From Candidatus Bathyarchaeia archaeon (GTDB taxonomy: Archaea; Asgardarchaeota; Heimdallarchaeia; JABLTI01), in NCBI GenBank assembly GCA_035528035.1, contig DATKZI010000022.1:3638-27637 (forward strand): a stretch of 24,000 nt of DNA, written 5' to 3'. This document shows, one piece after another, positions 17,000 to 24,000 of this stretch. The notes under the pieces were generated by a model. The model was not told the origin of the DNA. It did not search any database and worked only from the letters and a program-made list of their open reading frames with translations. Numbering within the stretch: the stretch's first letter is position 1; the number at the start of each line of letters is the position of its first letter. A program made the translations under genes and the position numbers.

Positions 17000-17299
17000 A
17001 TGTCAAGAAGAAGATCAAGTCTAAGACGTTCAAAATATGAAATCCTAAACGAAATACTAAACATAATTTACTATCAATCTGACCTACCTTTAACAAGGAT
17101 TGCTCGAGCAGCAAACTTACCTGTTGATAGAGCAAAACCATTATTGATATTTTTACAAAATAGAAATTTAATTTATGATGACGAGGATGACGGATTGACT
17201 GTTTTTAGAATTTCTCCTGAAGGAGTAGAATTTCTTGAGTTATTTAAACGTCTTGCGAAACTAGTTCCCCCAGATGATGAAATAGATGAAATTAGCTAG
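17000..17299 (+). CDS. Winged-helix protein (HTH_45-like)
   Basis: SKYEILNEILNIIYYQSDLPLTRIARAANLPVDRAKPLLIFLQNRNLI...FRISPEGVEFLELF. Confidence 0.7.
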   Translation: MSRRRSSLRRSKYEILNEILNIIYYQSDLPLTRIARAANLPVDRAKPLLIFLQNRNLIYDDEDDGLTVFRISPEGVEFLELFKRLAKLVPPDDEIDEIS

Positions 17300-17677
17300 T
17301 TAAATTAATTCAGCTAACTGATTGCAAGATTTCTTTGAGAGTAGTAGAATTAATCCTAGGTTTGCATCTGTCTTGGCAAGAATTGTTAAAACAGCTCTCG
17401 AGGCAACATCAAGAAGGATAATATAGCCATGGTCGCCTAGAATTGAAATATTACTGATTTGGCCTTTCCCTAATTCATTAGTAACTCTTTCAGAAACAGA
17501 GGAAATTGAGGCTGTCATTGCTGAGATCAAATCTTCATCTGCTGAGCTATCTAAAGCGGAATCAATTGGTAAACCTTGTGCAGTAACAAGTAAGCACCCT
17601 TCAACTCCATCATGACCTGCTTTTAATTTGGTCAAGATATTATGAATTTGTTCTACTCGAGAGGACATGATTAACAC
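17300..17677 (-). CDS. Roadblock/LC7 domain protein
   Basis: KAGHDGVEGCLLVTAQGLPIDSALD...ISNISILGDHGYIILLDV...LTILAKTDANLGLILL; start probably the ATG for MSSRVEQ. Confidence 0.85.
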   Translation of the reverse strand: MLIMSSRVEQIHNILTKLKAGHDGVEGCLLVTAQGLPIDSALDSSADEDLISAMTASISSVSERVTNELGKGQISNISILGDHGYIILLDVASRAVLTILAKTDANLGLILLLSKKSCNQLAELI

Positions 17678-17987
17678 ACACTTGTAGGAAACAGATTGTT
17701 AGATAAATATATTTTTGCTTAGTGACAAATATTGTTCACACAACTTAATAAATAATGAAATCTTATTGATTAAAACTTTATGTTTTCAGACAAAATGAAG
17801 GTAATAGATGGTTTTTTTAAAGCTAGATGCAATAAAAGTGAAATGACAATATCTCTATGTATAAAATCCATTAGAATTCAAATAACAGAAAAGATTTTAA
17901 TAAGGTAATTTTATGCACAAGGTATAATGTGTAAATTTCAATCTCAATGAATGACATTCGTACTCTCATATCACGAGGTGTAATGAT

Positions 17988-19766
17988 TTGCAAACTAAAA
18001 CGAAAAAAATACTTTGGGTAATAATGATTCTTTCAAGTATTATCCTTGGAGAAAGTTTAGCGGCAGGTGCAATGCCAACTTCAATTCCAAAAAATGAAGT
18101 AACACCAAATCTATTCCATATAGGGCAATTCAACATTAGTATAGTTGTTTCAAAAACAGCTTTTAGTCCTAATGAATTTACAGTCAAGGAAAGTGCTACT
18201 GTAAATGTAACCATCGAAAGCATAGATATTGATCATACATTTTATATTCCAGAGTACGAACTTAATGAAACCATCGCTGCAAATACAACCTATAGTTTTG
18301 TATTTGAGGCAGATATCTTAGGCGAATTTACCTTTACCTCAATGAACTCTACAGGTGAAGGGACAATGATTGTTACAGATCCCTATGTTCCTGATCTTCC
18401 TCGTCCTGAAGATATCAATATAATTCTTGATTATAGTCATCATGATAATTTAACATTGATGTATGAAAAATATGAGACTATCTTTAACTGGTCTAGAAAC
18501 GATAATGATTTTGACTTACTAATAAATGAAAATACCTTCCTAACAGATGAAATTATGAAAGATCTTGAGGTTTTGATACTTCTTGAACCAAATGAGAATT
18601 TAACAGTAAACGAAATCCCGGTGATTAAAAAATTCCTTAATAATGGTGGGAGCTTAATTATTGGTGGTTCACCGGAAACAGCTTTTACAAATGTCTATGA
18701 AATTACAGAGCAATTTGGTTTTACATTTACAAATAGTTCAGCTAGATATATTAATGCAACAATTGTTGGAAGTCCAGTTGGTGAAACAAATACTTTAGGA
18801 GAATTCACAGTATCTGATTTTGCTGATCATCCAATAATTTCTGAGAATCAATATGTGCCGTTAACTGATCAAATAATTTCAAAGATGAAATATACAGGTA
18901 CACTATTGACATTTAATGCTACTTGGGCTGCAGAACGACTTGTAAATAATAACTTAACAGATACCGGCAAAATCATTGATTGTTATACATTAGCAACCGG
19001 TAATGAAACAATATTCGCTGATGCAAATGGTGATACAATAGTTAGTGTAAATGAAACTATTGGTGCTGAAAATACTTTCATAGTTGCAGCTGAATCTGCT
19101 TATAATAGTAGAGTGTTTGCTATAGGTAGTGCTGATCTCTTTAACGAAACCATGATTGGACGAAATCCTGAGAATTTAATATTATATCAACGAGCATTAC
19201 AATGGGTAGCAAAAATGTATGCTATTCTTCAAAGTACTGAATATACTCTAGGTTCTTATGAAGTTTCCAGAAATGATATTATTAATACATCAATTATTAT
19301 AAAAGCTCAAAATAATACAGTTACTGATTCCATAACAGTTTCAATACGAGTATGGCGAAGTTCACGAATAGAGGCAGAATTTGTTTATACTCCAATAAAT
19401 GCTTCTTACTTTGAAGGACAAATCGATACAACAAATATTACTAAGGGAACAGTTTCAATAGATGCAGTGGCTCATAAACGAGGGTATGGATATAATGTTA
19501 CAACTCCCTATTATGTAGAAATTAATCCTCGAGAACCAGGAGAATATTATGTTGCTATACCATACATTATTACTTATGTAATAACCATCATCGTTGGTAT
19601 TGGAGCGATGTCATTATTCTTTATACGTGTTCTTAAGACTCCAAAAACTGTTCGTGAATCAGAAACAACATCTACTGCTGACGATGAAATTGAAGAAGAT
19701 GAAGATACTGTTGATTTAGATGAATATGAAAACGAAGAAGAATCAGAAACACCAGAAGAGGAATAA
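17988..19766 (+). CDS. Exported membrane-anchored protein: N-terminal cupredoxin-like domain, GldG/IFT52-like (GIFT/DUF4350-type) domain, C-terminal TM and acidic tail
   Basis: Signal peptide; SKTAFSPNEFTVKESATVNVTIESIDIDHTFYIPEYE...; NIILDYSHHDNLT...FLTDEIMKDLEVLILLEPNENLTVNEIPVIKKFLNNGGSLIIGG; TM near 590 aa then DDEIEEDEDTVDLDEYENEEESETPEEE. Confidence 0.65.
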   Translation: MQTKTKKILWVIMILSSIILGESLAAGAMPTSIPKNEVTPNLFHIGQFNISIVVSKTAFSPNEFTVKESATVNVTIESIDIDHTFYIPEYELNETIAANTTYSFVFEADILGEFTFTSMNSTGEGTMIVTDPYVPDLPRPEDINIILDYSHHDNLTLMYEKYETIFNWSRNDNDFDLLINENTFLTDEIMKDLEVLILLEPNENLTVNEIPVIKKFLNNGGSLIIGGSPETAFTNVYEITEQFGFTFTNSSARYINATIVGSPVGETNTLGEFTVSDFADHPIISENQYVPLTDQIISKMKYTGTLLTFNATWAAERLVNNNLTDTGKIIDCYTLATGNETIFADANGDTIVSVNETIGAENTFIVAAESAYNSRVFAIGSADLFNETMIGRNPENLILYQRALQWVAKMYAILQSTEYTLGSYEVSRNDIINTSIIIKAQNNTVTDSITVSIRVWRSSRIEAEFVYTPINASYFEGQIDTTNITKGTVSIDAVAHKRGYGYNVTTPYYVEINPREPGEYYVAIPYIITYVITIIVGIGAMSLFFIRVLKTPKTVRESETTSTADDEIEEDEDTVDLDEYENEEESETPEEE

Positions 19767-19884
19767 ATAACTCTTCTTTTCTAATTTTTTCTCTTTCTTA
19801 TTATTTAAAGACGGATTTTTCAATCTTTGCTCAAGAATAAAGTTTTATAAATTTCATGAAATACTATTCTAACGTGACAGAAAG

Positions 19885-20667
19885 ATGAGTCAACAAGATA
19901 AGGGTATGATAGCACAGCTCAAATCAGAAGCTGAAGCAAATTATAGTGCAAGTAGATGGGAAGATTCAGCAAAAACCTATGAACATTTAGTTGGTCTCGC
20001 ACAAAACAATAATGACTTTGAGCAAGCTATTGATTTTGCTATCGCAGCAATTCGTGCTTGGAATAAAATGCCTGATATGATCCATAGAATAAACAGATTA
20101 TACCAAGCTGTTGGCTTAATTGGTTTAAGGAAAGCTGCTATTGGGTTTGAGGAAATTGCTATCAAAGAAGAAGCAGAAAAGAATCTTAAAGGTGCAGCAA
20201 ATAATTTTGAAGAAGCAGGTAATGGTTATAGTCTAATCCAAAGTTATGATCGAGCAAAACAATGTTACCAATATTCTGTTGAGCTTTTTCATAAACTAGT
20301 AAAAGAGTCTTCAGTAAAAGAGGATTTCGAATCATCAATCCATAATTTAGATCGGATATGTAGTGTTTATGTTAAAATGGCTACTCTATTAAGTAGAGTC
20401 TTAATAGAAAGAAAGGATATTGATAAAAACTTAAGGCAAGCAATAATTACTGAAAAGAATAAATTCGAGGAAGAAATAATCAAATCGAAAAAAGAAAAGG
20501 CTTTTGCTCATGAGAGATTAGCTCAATATTATCTTGATATGAAAAATCCTGATTGTAATCCAATTGCTGAAAAGGAGTATTTGAATGCAATAAAAATACT
20601 TGAGTCTATTGGAGATAATACAAACATTACTAAATTAAACGATAAAATTGAAAAGATACCTAAATAA
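19885..20667 (+). CDS. TPR/alpha-helical repeat protein (SNAP-like resemblance, tentative)
   Basis: Repeated helical units: YSASRWEDSAKTYEHLVGLA, KNLKGAANNFEEAGNGYSLIQSYDRAKQCYQYSVELF. Confidence 0.65.
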   Translation: MSQQDKGMIAQLKSEAEANYSASRWEDSAKTYEHLVGLAQNNNDFEQAIDFAIAAIRAWNKMPDMIHRINRLYQAVGLIGLRKAAIGFEEIAIKEEAEKNLKGAANNFEEAGNGYSLIQSYDRAKQCYQYSVELFHKLVKESSVKEDFESSIHNLDRICSVYVKMATLLSRVLIERKDIDKNLRQAIITEKNKFEEEIIKSKKEKAFAHERLAQYYLDMKNPDCNPIAEKEYLNAIKILESIGDNTNITKLNDKIEKIPK

Positions 20668-20679
20668 TTCCTAGATAAA

Positions 20680-21120
20680 CTAACATTCTTTATCTATTTT
20701 GTCTTTTTTCAATTTTTCATTTTCTTCCATTAGAAGGTTAATAAATTTTCTTAAATCAGAAGAAAAACTAACAATTAGCTTTTCAGATAATGAATCTTTT
20801 AGAGGACATTCATTATCACAAACTGATTTATTGTTATCCACATCAAAAATTATTGGATAAAATTTACAACCTTGAGGTCGGTTTGAATAAATTTTACATT
20901 GATTATTTTTCAGAAAAAAGCAAGAACCATTAATGTTTTGCAGTTTGTAGAAACCTTCGGAATCCAAAAAACAAAATTCATCTTTTGAAAAACCAAGAGC
21001 TTGAATTCTAGCTATATCTTCTCGAGATAATAACATATCAGTATCTTTACAACATTTAGCACAGGCGAAATTTGAACAGATACCACCAAGACTAATAGAT
21101 TTCAAACAAAACACCATCAC
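20680..21120 (-). CDS. YkgJ-type cysteine-cluster (putative Fe-S/zinc) protein
   Basis: CSNFACAKCCKDTD...GSCFFLKNNQCKIYSNRPQGCKFYPI...CDNECPL. Confidence 0.8.
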   Translation of the reverse strand: MMVFCLKSISLGGICSNFACAKCCKDTDMLLSREDIARIQALGFSKDEFCFLDSEGFYKLQNINGSCFFLKNNQCKIYSNRPQGCKFYPIIFDVDNNKSVCDNECPLKDSLSEKLIVSFSSDLRKFINLLMEENEKLKKDKIDKEC

Positions 21121-21195
21121 ATAGACTATTTAAAAGAAAAATAATATATTGATATATGTTTTCTTGTGAATAAGAAATGAAAAAGAAAATATTAG

Positions 21196-22776
21196 GTGAA
21201 TACTATGACTCTACCAAAATTAGTGCCTTTAAAATTGAGTACCGCAAATCCTGGTTTCGTGCCTGACTATAAATTTACAATTGAGCTAGCTCAAAAAACT
21301 GGTACTAATGGTCCTAGGGATTTATTTTCTGCTTATACAGTTGATTTCTTTGAGAAATATGCAACCTCTTTTGCGAAAACAATAGAGCATGATGTTTTGA
21401 TTGGTTATGATGGGAGTAGGGTTCATGAATCAATATCAATAAGTGCAAGGGAATATCTCAGAAGAAGTGGGATATCGGTTATGGAATTGGATGGACCTGT
21501 AACGGTTCCTGAATTTATGTTTTCTTGTTACAAATTAGGTAAACCAGGATGCTTTTTCGGGAGAAGTCATAGCCCTCAACAATATATTGGATTGAAACTA
21601 GTTATTAATGGACAAAATGCTTTAGATCTTTTAAAGAAAGCAAAAGTTGAGTTGGATTATCCGAAAAACATTGATCCAAGTAAAATTTACGGATTCTTAC
21701 CAAGAACATTAGCACCAGAAATTGAACGAAATATTGGTGATGATAGAATGGTTCATCCTAAGGATATTGGACAAACAGAAAAAATATCCACTAAAGATAT
21801 GCGAGAAGAATTTTTCTCATCCTTAAAGAAAGTTACTCCAATGGATAAGATAGAAGGAGAATTCATAGTTGATTGTAGACATAGTATGGCTGGAGAAGTT
21901 TGGGAATTAATAAAATCAGAAGTAAATGCTGATATTACTTTACATAATAATAAATTAAATCCCATAGCACCGGACCGAGATCCTCGAGAGATATGGGAAG
22001 TTTTGATTGAAAAATATGCCAATCAACCAAAAGCAGTTTTTGATCATGATGCAGATGCAGATCGGACTTTCTTAGTAAAGATTCCCGGAAAAGGGAGAGA
22101 AACAATAGTTGATAATCAAGAAGAATCATTTACAACTGGATTAGTAGCAGAAGCAAAAATAAGAAAGCCAAATGCCTATGTGTTAGTTCAAGAAAGAGTT
22201 TCTCTAGTAATGCTAACCTCATTAGCCAAATTTACTGATATTGTATACACTACAGCACAAGGGGAACCAGCATTCTTTTTAGGAGTAACAGAATTATTAA
22301 GTAAAAATCCTGATTTTGAGAGAATTTCAGGAGCTGATTATACGAACATTTTCTTCAGTAAATCGCATCCAATTTGCATGAAATCTCCATATCAACAAGC
22401 ATTATGGTTGATGTATTGGTTCACTAACAATGAGAAACTACCAGCATTCCCTGATGTCAGTGTCGCTAAAACAGAGATAGATATGATCAATTTATCATAC
22501 CCACAAAGATTGGAAAAAGTTCTCAAAGCAAGTAAAGAAATAATTGACTATTTCCGAGGAAAATATGAGATAATATATCAAGCAACATTGGATGGACAAA
22601 ATTTGCTGATGAAAGATTCGAAAGAAAATCTGTTAATAATAAGTATAAGACCAAGTGGAACAGGAAGATATACCAAAGTGTACTCAGAAATAGGATTGGG
22701 TAAATCGTCTATTGAAGAACGAATAAAAATTGCACAACAAGTAAATAATGAGATTGAAAAGATAATCGCAAAATAA
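21196..22776 (+). CDS. Alpha-D-phosphohexomutase (phosphoglucomutase/phosphomannomutase) superfamily protein, divergent
   Basis: GYDGSRVHES, phosphoserine-loop equivalent GRSHSPQQYIG, metal loop FDHDADADRTF, C-terminal RPSGTGRYTKVYSE. Confidence 0.85.
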   Translation: MNTMTLPKLVPLKLSTANPGFVPDYKFTIELAQKTGTNGPRDLFSAYTVDFFEKYATSFAKTIEHDVLIGYDGSRVHESISISAREYLRRSGISVMELDGPVTVPEFMFSCYKLGKPGCFFGRSHSPQQYIGLKLVINGQNALDLLKKAKVELDYPKNIDPSKIYGFLPRTLAPEIERNIGDDRMVHPKDIGQTEKISTKDMREEFFSSLKKVTPMDKIEGEFIVDCRHSMAGEVWELIKSEVNADITLHNNKLNPIAPDRDPREIWEVLIEKYANQPKAVFDHDADADRTFLVKIPGKGRETIVDNQEESFTTGLVAEAKIRKPNAYVLVQERVSLVMLTSLAKFTDIVYTTAQGEPAFFLGVTELLSKNPDFERISGADYTNIFFSKSHPICMKSPYQQALWLMYWFTNNEKLPAFPDVSVAKTEIDMINLSYPQRLEKVLKASKEIIDYFRGKYEIIYQATLDGQNLLMKDSKENLLIISIRPSGTGRYTKVYSEIGLGKSSIEERIKIAQQVNNEIEKIIAK

Positions 22777-22853
22777 AATGAAAAAATGCACCACCAAACC
22801 TGTGGTGCTATGATTTAATTTTGACTTGTATCAGTTAATTAGGTATAAATTAA

Positions 22854-22967
22854 TTATTGCCGTGACTCTGCAGTTGCTGCGAGATAAATCATATAGCCTA
22901 TAACTAATATGCCAATTAATCCAATAACGCTTCCGAGTACTATTAGTAAAATAGCCCACCATAACAT
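22854..22967 (-). CDS. 37-aa single-TM membrane peptide (below the ORF-track cutoff)
   Basis: Manual translation MLWWAILLIVLGSVIGLIGILVIGYMIYLAATAESRQ; convergent with the preceding gene. Confidence 0.45.
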   Translation of the reverse strand: MLWWAILLIVLGSVIGLIGILVIGYMIYLAATAESRQ

Positions 22968-23212
22968 AGTTAACACCAATTAGTATAATAGTATAATGTT
23001 GTTCGAAAGCAGTTATTAAGTTTTTAGTAATCATCACTAAGAATGAAAAATAATCATTAGTAAAAAATTGTGTCATATCTTTATCGGAAAAAAATAGCAA
23101 AAGAATAAAAAACTCAAGAAAAACCAATTAAAAGAAGATAACCATTGATGATAATCTTGCTACGATATTTAACGCAAAATTAAAAAACACAAAAAGAAAT
23201 GGTGACAATTAT

Positions 23213-23318
23213 AGGCCTGTAGTATAGTTAGGATAAAACGCTCGGCTTCGGAAGAGCTTTCAAGTGAAACTCTGAAGTAACCGAGAGACCGGCGGTTCGA
23301 ATCCGTCCAGGCCTGCCA
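23213..23318 (+). tRNA. tRNA-Arg(TCG) with predicted ~28-nt intron
   Basis: Acceptor AGGCCTG/CAGGCCT, exons CTCGG-CTTCGG / A-CCGAG, variable AGACC, T arm GGCGG-TTCGAAT-CCGTC, GCCA end. Confidence 0.82.
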
Positions 23319-23439
23319 ATTTTTACTAATAATCTGAATTATTTTAATCAGAAATTTGCCTTAATACTTTACTTTAAAGGTTAGTATGGTTAAATGAATG
23401 AAACCAGTTCAAAAAAAGGTTAGGTAATAGTGCAGGTAA

Positions 23440-23925
23440 ATGTCAGAACAATCATTTTGTATGGAATGCGGAAATACATTAGAAAATGGTTCCGTTTTTT
23501 GCAATAAATGTGGTACTAAAGCAGGTACATTTTCAAATCAAATAATTCCCCCTAAGGAAGAAGAAATCACAATAACACCAGATTACTCTATGCAACAACC
23601 TGAAAATCCACCAACTTTTGGTTATGATAATTCTGATGTATTTGCTACACCAGTAGCACTGGGTGATCAAACACAAGCCCCTAAAAAAATTAAAAATCCA
23701 GTTGCTTTAGCAGCTGTTATTATTGATGTCCTTGGTATGCTATTTTTCATTATGAATGACAGTGTTGGGCAATGGCTAGCATTTGGATTAGGTATTACGG
23801 GTATAGTTGTAGCGATAATATCCTTCTTCTTCAAAAAAGATAGACCTCTATCAGTCGTTGGAACAATATTAGGTGTGGTTGTAATAGTTGCCTGGGCTTC
23901 GATTGTCTATAATTGGCCTTTCTAA
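23440..23925 (+). CDS. Zinc-ribbon plus multi-TM membrane protein
   Basis: FCMECGNTLENGSVFCNKCG then linker and three hydrophobic segments. Confidence 0.75.
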   Translation: MSEQSFCMECGNTLENGSVFCNKCGTKAGTFSNQIIPPKEEEITITPDYSMQQPENPPTFGYDNSDVFATPVALGDQTQAPKKIKNPVALAAVIIDVLGMLFFIMNDSVGQWLAFGLGITGIVVAIISFFFKKDRPLSVVGTILGVVVIVAWASIVYNWPF

Positions 23926-23933
23926 AAGAAAAA

Positions 23934-24000
23934 CAGATGTGGGGAGAATCGAACTCCCAAACCTCCCGGTCCGGAGCCGGGTGCTCTATCCTTTTGAGCT
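23934..24000 (-). tRNA. tRNA-Arg(CCG), partial at window edge, no encoded CCA
   Basis: Minus reading AGCTCAAAAGGATAGAGC, CCCGG-CTCCGGA-CCGGG, T arm GGGAG-TTCGATT-CTCCC, acceptor 3' CACATCT-G. Confidence 0.85.

Noticed and set aside
22831-23127. 98-aa minus-strand ORF
   Set aside because: AT-rich hydrophobic readthrough of intergenic DNA; the alternate-frame 37-aa ORF has better features.
23120-23212. Box C/D sRNA candidate near the TTGATGATAA motif upstream of tRNA-Arg(TCG)
   Set aside because: A C-box-like string is present, but no D/D' CTGA boxes at suitable spacing.

Overview
The window looks like an archaeal chromosome segment, probably Asgard-like. That placement is an inference from an archaeal L3-L4-L23-L2 cluster, intron-containing tRNAs, archaeal TGT, a Roadblock/LC7 protein and a GldG/IFT52-like membrane protein. 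It is mostly housekeeping. Main calls: transglutaminase-like membrane protein (partial), AK6/Fap7-type adenylate kinase, DUF2073 (OapB/ArvB-like), Era/Ras-like GTPase (OapA/ArvA-like), two winged-helix proteins, tgtA, an Sm-like protein, a disordered zinc-ribbon protein, an MFS transporter, rpl3/rpl4/rpl23/rpl2, rps10, enolase, a METTL5-like methyltransferase, a GIY-YIG protein, a TPR protein, a YkgJ-type cysteine-cluster protein, a phosphohexomutase, and five tRNA genes (three with apparent introns). Two signals stand out. (1) The ~0.9 kb AT-rich intergenic region at 2430-3387 has four ORB-like elements (TTCCANTRGAAAT-A-RGGG) in alternating orientation, plus a separate cluster of TGTGAAT/ATTCACA repeats. 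It is a strong candidate replication origin, next to the 'origin-associated' GTPase/DUF2073 pair. (2) The palindrome CTCGAG, often TCTCGAGA, occurs about 26 times by hand count, all inside coding regions and in several reading frames. This resembles a HIP1-like highly iterated palindrome. A tRNA 3'-end remnant at 8963-8986 is a possible att scar. I found no defence island, CRISPR array or transposase.
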